A DNA stretch of 64,000 nucleotides from Haliotis rufescens. Its lineage: Eukaryota. Positions 14,298 through 28,449 of the stretch are shown piece by piece (the first letter of the stretch is position 1; each line of letters starts with the position of its first letter). The notes under the pieces were generated by a model. That model worked only from the letters and a program-made list of their open reading frames with translations. It did not search any database and was not told where the DNA came from. The stretch is from contig NW_025964223.1 in the NCBI RefSeq assembly GCF_023055435.1, forward strand, positions 60,388,001-60,452,000, given 5' to 3'. The translations under genes and the position numbers were made by a program.

Positions 14298-14782
14298 GTG
14301 ATGTACCGCTAGCGAGTGATGAAGTACTGCTGGCGAGTGTTGGCGGGTGATGATGTTCTGCTGGCGGTTCGCGAGTGATGATGTTCTGATGGCGAGCGTT
14401 GGCGAGTGATGATGTACTGCTGGCGAGTGTTGGCGAGTGATGATGTACTGCTGACGAGTGATGATGTACTGCTGGCGAGTGTTGGCGAGTCATGACGTAC
14501 TGCTGAGGAGGGATGATGTACTGCTGGCGAGTTTTGTCGAGTGATGTTGTACTGCTGACGAATGATGATGTACTGCTGGCGAGTGTTGGCAAGTGATGAT
14601 GTACTGCTGACGGGTGATTATGTACTGCTGGCGAGTGTTGGCGAGTGATGATGTTCTGCTGACGAGTGATGATGTACTGCTGGCGAATGTTGGCGAGTGA
14701 TGATGTACTGCTGGCTAATGTTGGCGAGGCATGACGCACTGCTGGCGAGTGTTGGCGAGTGATGATGTACTGCTTGCGAGTG
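14298..14782. repeat. Minisatellite of mixed 21/31-bp units
   Basis: GATGATGTACTGCTGGCGAGT(GTTGGCGAGT) repeated. Confidence 0.92.
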
Positions 14783-16688
14783 CCGAAAGGGAGTAAATGA
14801 CAGACAATGCACGTGCATGATGTGTAGTGCTGGCATGGTTCTCGCAATATTGTCAATCAAAACATGAATATGGTAGAGCTTTTATGTGAATGTTCATACC
14901 ATGTATACTCTCTTGTTTTGTTGAATATAATAACCGAAGATGCTGTCTAAAATGAAATATCGATAACATGATTGACCTTAGATATAGACTTCCACGTGCT
15001 TTCTTGCTTTGGTGATGTAACTGCTTTGTCATTGGAACGTCATAACCAAACTGATGATGGATTTAATCATATTCAGATAGTAGGAAATGAATCAACGTAA
15101 AACACTCGGTATAATGTCATAAATCCAACTCCATTTCACAAATATATTGTATGTATTCTGCACGTCATGTAATCAAACGAAACAATGGGCCGTTGGCCTA
15201 CATTTACCGAAATAACACAATATGAGATATGTGAAAATGCATATGTAATTAAAATAACATTAAAAATGTGTTTATACCTATGGGATCAAGTTTACATTAT
15301 GATATAAGATAGCTACGCGACAAATTGTAAAGAACAATGAACAACGAAACGTGGTTTATTTCACGATGAAACATTGTTCTATCTGGATATTCGCTCGCAG
15401 CTTTATGACGTCGTAAATTAGACGATATTATTTTGAGAGGAAAGAATCTAGTGAGTTGTTCCCCATAGATGTAGCTGGGTAACGTATATAAACGCCATGG
15501 CCGAACGATCGCTACCAAATTTGTTTGTCTGTTGTTTAACGACGCACTCAGCAATGTTCCAGCTATAAGACGGCGGTCTGTAAATAATCGAGTCTTGACC
15601 AGACAATCCAGTGATTGACATCATGAGCATCGATCCACGCAATTGGGGCCGATGACATGCATCAACCAAGTCAGCGAGCCTGACCACCCGATCCCGTTAG
15701 TTGCCTCGTACGACAAGCATAGTCGCCCTTTACGGCAAGCATGGATTGCTGAAGACCTATTCTACCTCGCATCTTCACTGGTCGTTACAGCCTTCAAGGT
15801 TTTCAATAACATTTACGGTAGACACGTGGGTACATTTCCAAATTTGAAGCATCAGTGACAAAAATTAGGTCAGATGCAATTTCTTATTCTAACGTGTACA
15901 GTATGTCACAGAGTTTCTTCAGGTGAAAAACAATTGACTTGCTTTTGCGTATGTGTGTGACGGGTGTCACCGGTGGGGCAGGATACGCGCACCTTTTCGC
16001 GAACACCAGTCCTGGTATCATCACTATTTCATAGTGATTCATAACCGCATGTCCATGCCCTATAGCCGAAATCGTTTAATCGACTCTACTTTAACAGAAA
16101 TTTCGAACGAATATGGAAAGGGGTTTGTCGCTTTTACTTACATATACAGGCAAAGTATAAAGAAAGTTTCAAGGAGGCTGGCTGTACCTACATGTATAGA
16201 AGAGCGAGAAGAGGGCAATCAAGGACTTTTTTTTACCCGACTTGTGTCTTATCTATTTGGATACCTAGTAGTTAACACCATATTCCTGCCAGATTCCAAC
16301 ACTATTCCGTATTCAAGACATTCGACAGTGATAAAATACCGAACGTTCGTGAGCGTGCTTTCACTAATTCAAGTGCCTGTTACTTAATGGTGGTGCCACT
16401 TACTTGACCCATGGTACAATCTCATTAAAATCAGATCTAAGTTCTCGCTGACGACAAGATCTGAGGACATCCCATTACGGGAGATTGTCCATGGTATTGC
16501 CTTTTTTCATTGAAAACGTAAAACTGTATGTTGGAATATAATTTATTGATATTTCATTGATATTTAATCGTTATTTACTGATTTTACAATAAGGCTTGTA
16601 CATACCGAGTTCTGTCTTAGCCTTGGTGTTTCAATATGGAAATCACTCGTAACAATGACTGACTGATCCTGTGCTGATCCGAACAGTA

Positions 16689-19600
16689 TTAGTTGCGGGG
16701 AATTGCTTTTACTTGGAAGTTATTTGGCGAATGTACTAAGCCCATTATTCCATCTGTTGGTGGCTTTCGTCCGTTCACGGGGACGAACTGGAACCTCTGA
16801 ATCATGCTAGTGAGGAATAAGAAGAGCTCCATCCGGGCCATTGACTCCCCCAGGCAAACTCTCCGACCTGCAATAAGTCCAACATATCCCCATCATTATA
16901 GTTATAATCAACCAGTAAATCACTACTCCATCTTTACGATCATCGTCATAATATACTATACAAGAATTGCGATAATCAAAACTTCCTAGTAGTTTATGTG
17001 TTTGAAACAGATGTCACAAGAAAACATTTGATGCGATGCAACAACAAGGCGGCAAACTCTGTGTTCGTCAAAATATATTTACAATAAAATAATTCCCCAA
17101 AATATTTAATGAAGATATTCAAACGAAATATTTCGAAATTTGTAAAAGAAAACCCTCGCCCTATCATGCAGTACACTATCGTACACATATCAGCATTAAG
17201 TACTTACAGAAACTCTTAATGGAAAATGAAGGCATTATATATTAGAGGTCTCAAACAATCTAAATGGATCACGTACATATATTCTGCATTAAACCTGTAA
17301 GGGACTATGCTATTCTAACACAATTTCTTCAGTTAAATACCAACTATACCAAAGCTGTTGTATTTTAAAAGCAGCATATGTTTAGTATTCAGCTTCATGT
17401 CTTTACTTGAGTGGATAATCGAGACTTGATCAGGCAAACTGTCAACGATCAGCATCGTGGAGGCACGATGGCACGCAATGAACCCATGCACCAAACCTGA
17501 CCACCCCACCAATAACGACAAGCAGAGGCTACTTGGGAATCCCCACAAAGTTCGAACATTAAAATGGTCTTACTATTTTGTTTGTCTGTATTTAGAAATA
17601 CTTCTGTACAGATAGTGGATATGACATTCCGTCATAAAGTTATTATAATGAACATATATCAAATGTGTATACTATTTGTTAACATTATCCATGAAAGGAC
17701 AAATTCAGTCATGACAGCTTAGAATGAATGAGTGTTATTGCTTACCAAATATATATTTTTTTCTAAATGATAGAATCTCTACTTTGACAACAGGAATAAG
17801 CGAGCGCTGCTATAACGCCACATTTTACTGTAAGACGAGGGAAGATAGAACAAGAGTTATCGTTCTTGTTTGAAGTACTTCTTGTGTTCATACGCCAATA
17901 CGAAACCTTCGAGAGGGGCACATCTTGTCCCGAGTGGACACGAGTTGGTCACGCATAAGTCAAGAACGTCGTGGCGTATGCGGCACGCAGACTAAAACCT
18001 TTTAAACACTTTCCCTGATCATGAAAGAATGCGATTTAAACAACTGAAAAAATATAGAAAATATAGAACAGATAACAAATAAAATGTGACATGTTATGCA
18101 TGTACTTTCTATTCAATTACCCACAAGTCCTATAGATCTTTCAGAAAACTGTTACAAATTGAAAAACAGAGTTGTTCAGATTGTTATATGAACACAATTA
18201 GAAGTAACAAAATAATACTCGTTCGAAAGCATTATGCGTTCCGTAGTTCCACTTTGATATGCTTCACTATTGTGTTGTCTAATATACGGTTACCTTCCGT
18301 ACCGTGAATTCGGAAACACCATTGAAACCATGTGGAATAAGCACTGAAGACTATACAGGGTCCCCTTTTAATAACTGTGACAAATTTTGCAACACATTTT
18401 AGGAATTTAGGGTTTGATTAAATTAAAAAAGAATGAACAACTACCAACACATATACCAAAAATGAATTGTCACAAACAAATGGAGACAAAATTAGAAATG
18501 CATGAATTGCATATACAATTACCCATAAACCACCATGTCCCCAAAGACTTTTAACAGAAGTATTACAAATATGTCATGGCGGCAAAGCCGCCGTCGAATG
18601 ATCAAGAACCTATGCTAACCTAGAGAAAAAGCAATGAATTCTTCTTTCTTTTGGAGTTTTCCTTCATAGTCAAGAAAACGCCCAGGTCTGAAGTTTTCCG
18701 GGTCACCCCAGACATCTTCGTCTTTGAGGACAGAATCTAGGTTGGGGATGATAAAGACATCTTTAGGGAAAGTGTATCCTCGGAACTGGACATCGTGGGG
18801 AACGGTATGGGGAACGCTGAGGGGAGCAATGTCAGCGTGTCTCAGCACTTCCATAATGGTGGCCTCCACGTAAGGAAGGTTCGTCTTGTCTTTCATGGAG
18901 GGCCGTCTGCTCTGGCCGATGTTTTCCAGGATCTCCTGGAAGCACTTCTCCTGAACATCCGGGTAGTTCAGGAAGTAGACCAGTGCCCAGCGTATTGTAG
19001 TGGCTGTTGTTTCTGTCCCGGCAACGAACAGGTTGGCGATAACTCTCTTGAGATTTCCCACTGTAAGGTTAAGCAATATAGCTTGAACTAAATGATTCCG
19101 TTATAGAAAGATGATTTGTTAAACAATACATAGAAAATGTGCGACTGTTAAGGAAAAACCTTGACATTACAGAAGAAACGCTTCACTCTAAAGGTGACGG
19201 GGACATTGACAGGTACTTACAATCCATTGTCGTGAACTCCTTCTGTTGTTGACGCTGTTGCATTTCCTTGATGTATGCACTCATTACGTCGTCCACGTTC
19301 CCATCATCACGCTGTTTCAAGTGTTCTTCTAACATTGGTTTCAATAGCAGAGACTCCATTAGGTCATCGTTGTGTAAGGCTCTCTTCGCCTTGAAAAGAT
19401 CCCCAGGCAAGAACCGTAAGAAGGGTAAAAAGTTTACGACGTTTGTGGCTGCTGAAACTGCCATGATGTCATCCAGAATGTCCAGAAATGTGATAAATAG
19501 AGGATCCGTATATTCAAAGCGTTTTCCAAACACTGTGGAACAGATAACATTGGACACTGAATTGTGTAACAAGCGCCTGCAGTCAAACCCCAGTCCTTTC

Positions 19601-21817
19601 TCTGATTCAAAGGCTGCGAGAAGATGCGAGACCTCCTGGTGTATTTTGTTTTCCATAACAGGCCTTCCTACACCAAATTCCCTCAGAGTATTAAGGGTGA
19701 ACTTCCTCTGTTCACGCCAGACGTCACCGGAGGTTCCAACTATTCCTGGAAGTTTTAATAATAAGACTGTGAAATCAGACCCCAATGGCGTGGGAATGTT
19801 AATCAAGCTTGGTTACTGGTGGGCCATAGCCCGTGTTTTAAAATTGTTTACATGATATTGTTATGCTCAAATATGTTTCATAAATTGTTTTTAAATATAA
19901 CTTTGCAAAAATGACTAAATTGTAAACATATTAACTAGGTCTCGTCGGTATATGGCTGAAAAAATGCCGATGCGACATTAAATTTAAATCACTCACTGTG
20001 TGGTTCAGACTGGAGTACCTGCAGTCAGACATATAATCGGCGATAATCTGTTTAATCCATGAATATTTGCTGAAGATATGCTGATGTGGATTAACCACCT
20101 TCATGTATCTCTTGTGATGAAAGTGTTATTTTGCAGTGTAATTTATTGTTAAACACTGTTGTAATTGTATTATTACATCACTTCTGTTACGATTCAGTAG
20201 TGGTTTATATCATTTTGTTTTGACATTGGTTAGTTGTGAGGCATCTAGCATTATCTAATGTAAGCAGTGGTGTGGAAGTTACTATAGTTAGATGGTTTGG
20301 GAAAATCTCGACGAATCCAGCGTAGGATAGAACCTTGCAGGATGTTTTAGACAACATGAGAGAGGGTTAGTTGTCAGGAATCTAGCATTATCTAATGTAA
20401 GCAGTGGTGTGGAAGTTACTAGATTTAGATGCGTTTAGAAAGGCTCGACGAATCCAGCGTAGGATAGAACCTTGTCGGAGGTATTAGACAACATGAGAGA
20501 GGGTAAGTTGTCAGGAATCTAGCATTATCTAATGTAAGCAGTGGTGTGGAAGTTACTAGATTTAGATGCGTTTAGAAAGGCTCGACGAATCCAGCGTAGG
20601 ATAGAACCTTGCCGGAGGTATTAGACAACATGAGAGAGGGTAAGTTGTCAGGAATCTAGCATTATCTAATGTAAGCAGTGGTGTGGAAGTTACTATATTT
20701 AGATGCGTTTAGAAAAGCTCGACGAATCCAGCGTAGGATAGAACCTTGCCGGAGGTATTAGACAACATGAGAGAGAGTGCCTCACAGATCCCACGTTACA
20801 TATTTCATTACATCAAGGTTGTGTGAAGATCATTGTTTTCACTCTAGATATCCAGCCAATTGGAAGCTTTACCACTGTTGCTGCTAGGCGGATACTACCA
20901 CTGATATTATATTTTATACTGCCATTGTAATTGTACTGACATTGAATTTGGCACTGTCACTCTATTGTGTGCAGTATTTTGTATTGATTTGTAAACCTAG
21001 TTATAATACAATTATTATTTGGATAGCATTCCTTTGTTGTTTGTTAGATTCACACTGAAGTCTTTTCCCATAAACTGTGTGGGTTAACTTATTGACTCAA
21101 CAAGTAACAAAAGCATATTACTTAACGCGATCAGGTTAAACTCGTTATAACGCAGGAAATCTGGTTATTTTATTTGAACGTCATTTGAAATTGGTTTGTA
21201 AATTATGTCAAATATTATTGCTGTTTTAATTAGGTAACAAATACATGAATAAATTAAATAATTCTGGCAGTTCATATTGTTGTCTAGATATGTTTTGGTC
21301 TTTGTTTTTTTTAGTTTGATATATATATTATACCTGTGGTATTTCTCCTACTGTTTTATAGTCCATGTTTTTGTCCCAATGTGTAGTTTACTCTGGTTGA
21401 CATATTACCGTTTATACTTTAGAAAAATACATAATCAGAGACTTTGTGTGTAATTGTTTGCTTTGTGGAATGGTACAGGTGATTTGACAATTTGAACAGC
21501 TTACCTTTCCCTTTTGAGACAAAGTCGTTGATGAAAGAATGCGGCCTGTCCGAAAATATATCACCGTTCTTGACAAATGCGTCTCTCAGAGCGCTGTAGC
21601 CGTTGAGAACGATGACTGGTCTGTTGAAAACATAGAAACTGAATATGTCACCGTATTTCTGTCGGAGGTTCTTAAACGTGACCCGGGGATCAGAGCCCAT
21701 AGACAGGGCGTTCCCCACAAACGGGAGCAGAGGGGGGCCGGGGGGAAGTCCAGAACGCCGCCGCGTCAACAGCCACAACACAGCCAGCACAACTACAGTC
21801 ACAAGAAGCACGAACAT
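16689..21817 (-). CDS. Cytochrome P450, CYP2 clan, paralog C, complete and inverted; exons 21817..21505, 19745..19221, 19060..18620, 16867..16689
   Basis: Exons 2-4 match paralog B in size (525/441/179 nt); PPGPP, WREQR, AGTETT, EVLR, FSLGRRVCLG; first in-frame ATG at 21817. Confidence 0.92.
20243..20775. repeat. 137-bp tandem repeat x~4 in CYP-C intron 1
   Basis: TCTAGCATTATCTAATG recurs at 137-bp spacing from ~20244. Confidence 0.92.
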
Positions 21818-21946
21818 TGCTGTTGACAACACACTGTATGGGCCGATGCGTCGAGATTACTTATGGCGGAAGTGGACGCATGGCTGACTGTATGTAGTCA
21901 TGTGACTGGACAGCTCGTTGTGAAAACAAAACCGGTTTCAACACTA

Positions 21947-22298
21947 GACCGCCTCCGTGGTCTAATGGTAGAGCGTCAGCCCGGAGAGCGGAAGGTCCTG
22001 GGTTCGATCCCCGGCCGCGTCATACCAAAAGACGTTAAAAGATGGTACTTGGTGTTACCCTGTCTGGCGCTCGGCATTAAGGGGCTAAAACAAGGACTGG
22101 TCGGCTCGGAGTCAGTATACTGTGTCTGAGTGAGATATTCATGTTAAACTGCGGCATGGTATCTCAGTGAGCTAGCACTATAAATCGGCATCAGTCTGGA
22201 CTAGTACAAGCAGCCACACAAACACACACACGTACATGCACGTCGCTATATAAGTGCAATAATCTTGGACGCGACGTTAAACCCCATTTCACCTCACC
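21947..22298 (+). mobile_element. tRNA-derived SINE, family 3 (~350 bp; other copies at ~49185-49530 + and ~52359-52714 -)
   Basis: A and B boxes, shared body, (ACCTC)n tail, TSD TTTCAACACT; lies ~130 bp upstream of the CYP-C start codon. Confidence 0.85.
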
Positions 22299-24845
22299 TT
22301 TCAACACTGGATCTCTCTGCACAGTTTGTGTTGTTTATGCATGTCTATTTCACTTGGTTGAGGTTTCTTTCTACATATTGCTGAATGTTTCAAATGATAC
22401 CAGATCACTCTCTCAGCCTCAAGATTGTGTCTCCAGATGTTGTGTGTTGACCCCTTTTATCGAAGGTCGACCGTCACCGTGTTTTGTTGTACATTCTTCA
22501 GTTTGTCATTTGATCACCTCATATTACCTGCTTGTAATTGTGGCTGGCATCCTTCCGTGTCATTATATCACACTATGAATGCCTCCTTGACATTCCCCAG
22601 TTATTCACACCCAAAAGGGTGAAACCTGTTTCAGGCAAAACAATCGCATCCTGATGGACCCGGGTTAGAATAACTCCCTCGCACACGAATGCATGCGTGA
22701 TACTTTTGCTCATCATGTCGACCATCGGTTTATCTGGCCCAGGCTCAGGTATTTACAGAGCGGCGTGATATTGCTTTAACATTGCTGAATGCGGCATTTA
22801 ACAAAATTCGTAGAATAGGTCTTCAGCAACTAATGCCTGCCGTGAAAGGCGAATATGCTTGTCGAATAAGAGGCGACTAACGGGATCGGGTGGTCAGCCT
22901 CGCTGACTTGGTTGATGCATGTCAACGTATCTCAATTGCGTGGATCGACGCTCATGATGTCAATCACTGGATGGTCATTCGATGGTGATACATTTAATAT
23001 TGCAGTGTTTTAGCTACTGTTTACAGCCTAACAACATTTTGATAGCTTTATCAATTTTATGGTCAAATCTAATTTTCAGGTGAAAACTTTCTTTTGCCTG
23101 GCAGTTTATACTAATTGTATTATATATTCGTCATTGTGGAGGTACACTGAACTATGTACAGTTACTCTATACTTTAACAGCAGCGTCCCATGTAGGCATT
23201 ACTTTGCTTGGAGCCGTTTTAAACCGTTTGTTGTTTAACGCGGCACTCAGCAATATTCCAGCTATGTGACGGCAGTCTGTAAATGATCGCGTCTGGATCA
23301 GACAATCCATTGATTGACATCATGAGCATCGATCTCAACAATTGGGATACAATTATATGCGTCAGCATTGTCAGCGAGCCTGGCCACCCGATCCGTTAGT
23401 CGCCTCTCATGAAAAGCATGGATTGCTAGCATATCCTTCACGGGTACATTTGCTGGGAGTCATGACCATGCAGCTTGTCGACAGGGGCATATGGAATATT
23501 TGAAATAAACAGTACAGTGAAGCTGTGTAACTATCCAGTGGCCCGAGGCTGTGTGGCGAGATGGGCTTGTGACCTCACATGAAATGGACAGTCGACGACT
23601 AGTTTAATATAACGATGAAAGGGACATCCTTCTTACGTCAGGAATACTCGCGGAGGCTGATTGGGGTGTTTTTGTGTCGACCCCCAAATGAGGGTCACAA
23701 TTTGAAAAGTTACAAACTGGCAGTTGTTTTGTTATGACCACTGGCAGAGATACATATTCAGGTTTTTATTATTCATGAAGATTGTTTATTCACATTAATT
23801 TATTGGTCGCAACCTTCCCCTGATAACCAGGCCCAAGAACAAGGTATCACCTAGGCTGCAAACGAGATCAATATAATCTCATTTCCACGCTATCCGATCG
23901 CTGAATTCCGTCACCAATTCGGCTACCGTAGCTTTGGTGACGAATTATCACGATATAAATAGTGTAATTTTATGTATGCTTCTTTCAGCATTCATATGTG
24001 AACTCAAAACGTGATGTGTAGTCGATCGGCGACCATACTCAACTGATCAAGACATTTCTAAATAGTGTAGCGCATGTTCCTGCACGTTATTTTCAACCTT
24101 GCAACAAGTCAACTAATTAACAAGTCCTGCAGTTACCTACATCATCTTAAATGTTCTCCATGAATATCATTTAAACAGTTCGGAAATTGTCCTTCCCGTC
24201 ATCGCCTTCAGCCAAGATCATGTTGAAACACACCGAACAAGTAAACCTTGGACTCATGTTGGACGCCACTCTGCAAACACTAGCTATGATAGAGCCTGTA
24301 AAGGTCTTGATAAAGGAGCCACCGTATTCGCCTCTTACGAAAACAAATTAAGGTCACTTTCATATTCCAAGAAATCGTATTTGCCCTTCCCACACTATTT
24401 TGAAATAAATCATGTTGGGAACAAATACTTTGCCTTCATCTCTCGAAGAGATTCAGCAGCATCAATGTTCATGGAATGTTCAGAATACCCAAGTTGAAAA
24501 ACATGGTGTGGTGCAAGCAAGTGAATGGCTTATGCAGCAGTCTTCAACATAAGCTACACATTACAAGAACATGAAATGATCTTTGATCAATACTACTGGT
24601 AGATTTCAGGAGCCACGCTCCGGCATCAGGGTACTTATGATAACATGTTCAGAGGGATTGTTGGACTATTGGTAACCTATTCCTTGATTGTTTGTTTAAT
24701 GCCAGCTAAATAATGTTGGCCTGTATATAATCCCTGTCTGGACCAGACAATGCAGTGCTTGATATTGTAAACAATGATTCACGTTGTCAAAGTACGATGA
24801 CCTGCTATCAACCAAGTGACCTTACCACCTGATCCATTTGGTCGC

Positions 24846-25490
24846 TCAAAGACCAGCATAGGTTGCTGGGAACATGTTCAAAGACCAGCATAGGTTGCTG
24901 GGAATATGTTCAAAGACCAGCATAGGTTGCTGGGAACATGTTCAAAGACCAGCATAGGTTGCTGGGAACATGCTCAAAGACCAGCATAGGTTGCTGGGAA
25001 CATGCTCAAAGACCAGCATAGGTTGCTGGGAACATGTTCAAAGACCAGCATAGGTTGCTGGGAACATGCTCAAAGACCAGCATAGGTTGCTGGGAACACG
25101 CTCAAAGACCAGCATAGGTTGCTGGGAACACGCTCAAAGACCAGCATAGGTTGCTGGGAATATGTTCAAAGACCAGCATAGGTTGCTGGGAACATGTTCA
25201 AAGACCAGCATAGGTTGCTGGGAACATGTTCAAAGACCAGCATAGGTTGCTGGGAACATGCTCAAAGACCAGCATAGGTTGCTGGGAACATGCTCAAAGA
25301 CCAGCATAGGTTGCTGGGAACATGTTCAGAGACCAGCATAGGTTGCTGGGAACATGCTCAAAGACCAGCATAGGTTGCTGGGAACATGCTCAAAGACCAG
25401 CATAGGTTGCTAGGAACATGCTCAAAGACCAGCATAGGTTGCTGGGAACATGTTCAAAGACCAGCATAGGTTGCTGGGAACATGTTCAAA
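24846..25490. repeat. 32-bp minisatellite x~20 derived from a family 2 SINE segment
   Basis: Unit TCAAAGACCAGCATAGGTTGCTGGGAACATG(T/C). Confidence 0.95.
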
Positions 25491-25639
25491 CCCCATGGCG
25501 TTTGTCAAGTTTCCACATAGAAGAGTATTGAAGACATGAATATTGTTATGTCCAGTTTAATTTGTATCGTCTGAAATTAGTGTCGAATAACAAAAACATG
25601 AACATTCCCCACAGAAATTTATTTCTCTTTTTACATGTC

Positions 25640-28410
25640 TCACTGGTACCCAAAGCTCTCGATAAGTTGCTGCTCTTTCTTGACTCTGGGCAGGACATTT
25701 TTCTTGGCTTGTTCTCTGAGACGCTGTAACACAAACAGAGAACTTATCAAACCTGTCTGGTCTGCAACAACTCTGGCAGCTGACCACAATGGAAAGCTCT
25801 ACATCACATCTGATTAAGGCAGGGGGCACTGTAGCTCAAAAACTATATCTGCCAATATCTATGGGTTTTACAGGTTAAGAAATGCATCAACAGTCCCGAA
25901 AGTTCTGGTGTATTTTATTCAAAATGAAAGAATTATCTGACAATTTTCACAATGCAATATTTATTTGTCTCTTAAATTTGCTTTTTGTCTGCAAAAGAAG
26001 CTTATAACTATGTGACTAATGTTACAAAATAAAGGGTCACAGCTACAGTGATAGAACAAAGGGACACTATTTATCTACACATAATTTTGAACTAAAAATC
26101 TAAGTGCACTGATAAACTAAATGCTTATTTAGTACACCCGTCCCTGTCAGTCTCAGCTGGTAGTGCATGTTGCTATTTTCATCAATATCAATACCAGGTT
26201 TTTTTATCATCACTGACCGACAGGATCAACTTCGGATGTGGTACACATGAGTAACGAAACAACCAAGAGCTACAGATAAGCAGCATAGTTGCGTAAAATA
26301 CCCCGCCAAAATAATCAAAACCCAATTACTTTCAATTAACTCGCGTACAGATACAAATGCATTACATGACAAACTCAAATTATAAAAACAGCATCCGTAA
26401 ATACCCAAAGAAAAAGCTTTTTCAGCATGTGAACAAAGGAGCTAATTTCGGGAAACACAATTACGAGCTAATTTACTTTCCAAGTCAAGCCAATATATTT
26501 AGAACCATTAAATACTCTTAAAACATTATTTCGGTTTTCTTAAATCTTAAAATGTTCACCAATTTTGGGAAATACACAAAAGAGTGATGAATAGATGAGT
26601 GAAAAAATATTGGTTACCCAATAAATAATGTTATAACCCAATTAAAATAGAAACCCTAGAGTAAAAACTCGATTGCTCAAAAAGTTATCTGGAGCTCTGC
26701 AACCTCAGCTCTTTAGTTCTTCTAGATCTTTACGAGTGTTTGGCATGTTAAAACCAGCAGACTGGACGCTATATCTGAACCTACTCTGCCACAGGATTCA
26801 ACACAGTATCAGTAACAAACTTTATGACCAAGGTTCTCTTCTCAAACATTAGGACCATAAATGCAAACTAAATTTCCCTCATGCCAATTAGTTTCCGCAA
26901 GATAAAGGCATGCTTCTTTACCTCTGTTCAATTTGAATTATGTTATGGACTTGGGCCTATTAACACTTAACAGAAGCAGCCAATCAATAAAAAGAAGAAT
27001 ACTCTATTGTTAAAGACTATTAATAAGATTGTAGACAAATTGTTTTCTTCAAAAGTTTGTAAAAAAATTTCAAACGGTTTCTTTCAAAACTATGAAAAGG
27101 TGTATTTCCAGGTCATTCAACTGAGATGGAGATTTTTGGAGACTTTTCAAGCCTGTCCAAAATGTGCTTAAGCGAAAATATAATTCTGATACTTGTCTTG
27201 CTCAAACCCACAATGATACATTCATTCTGATTAATAATCAGAAAAGTCACTCTGTGTGGGATCAAACCTGCCATCAGCAGATCCTGGTACAGTTACAATA
27301 GATAACTCTACTAAACTGGTGAGTTAGTTTGGTTTTGAGCCGCTTTTAGCAATATTCCAGCAATATCACGGCGGGGGACACCAGGAATGGGCTTCACACA
27401 TTGTACCCTTGTCAGGGATCGAACCCGGGTCTTCGGCGTGATGAGCAAACGCTTTAACCAGTAGGCTACCCGACCGCCCCTCTACTAAACTGTGACAACT
27501 TACAAGTGTTGACTTCCTCCTCTTGAAGTAATCATTTGATTTGACCTTCCTCTTTTCTTCAAGCTTGGCCACCACTCCCTGGTACATCCAGCCAACCTCC
27601 TTCGACAGGCGGTCCAGCTGACAGAACTGGAACACAACCACATCATCACCACGTGTCTTCACTGGCACGAGAACAGTGTCAAAAGCCTGTGCTTGTCTCA
27701 GATGGTAGTGCATGTAAAAGCTTTTTTCATCAGCTTCAAAACGCTATGGGATGAGTAAACATCACAGACAAGCTCACATAGAAACCATTACCTTAATGCA
27801 TCAGACTTTTGACAAGGATGAAAAATGAGGTGACAAGCTAATCAGGGATGCATACACCTTGAATTATTGCTAATTACTTCACGAACTATATTTTAGGAGA
27901 GAGTAGTCCCTCAATCTTTGCTGGGGGACTTCATAACCTGTTAATGATAGGGATATTTACCATCAGCAATATCCCAGCTGTATCGCAGAGCACAGTTATT
28001 GTTTTTGGTCTGGATCAGGTAAACCAATGAAGATCAAAATCATGGCAGGGGACACCAGAAATGGGCTCCACACATTGTACTCATGTGAGAAATCAAACCC
28101 AGATTTTCGGTGTGACGAGCAAACACTTTAACCACTAGGCTACCCACCGCCCCTCTTAACAAGTGAGGATTACAGAAGGCACCAATGTCTTACCCTGCTT
28201 GTGGGCTTCAGGCGGAGCACTTTGAGAGCAGAGGGAACAACCTGCCTCTTCATCTTGTCATAGGGTCCGGGGATCCCCTCAAACATCTTCAGCTTCCTGA
28301 GGGCAGCTTTGCCACGAGGCTGCTTGTGGGGGAGCATACCTGCAAGACAACACGTCGGTCAGTGAGGGGCAGGCAGTGGTTACTGGAGTGAACCTGGTTG
28401 GGAGGGGTGA

Positions 28411-28449
<39 letters not shown>

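Noticed and set aside
14281-14860. 191-aa His/Ser-rich ORF
   Set aside because: Translation of the 21/31-bp minisatellite, with no domain or gene structure.
18795-19855. Plus-strand ORFs of 98 and 195 aa (also 10710..11123 and 12816..13127 on the minus strand)
   Set aside because: Antisense shadows of CYP exons.
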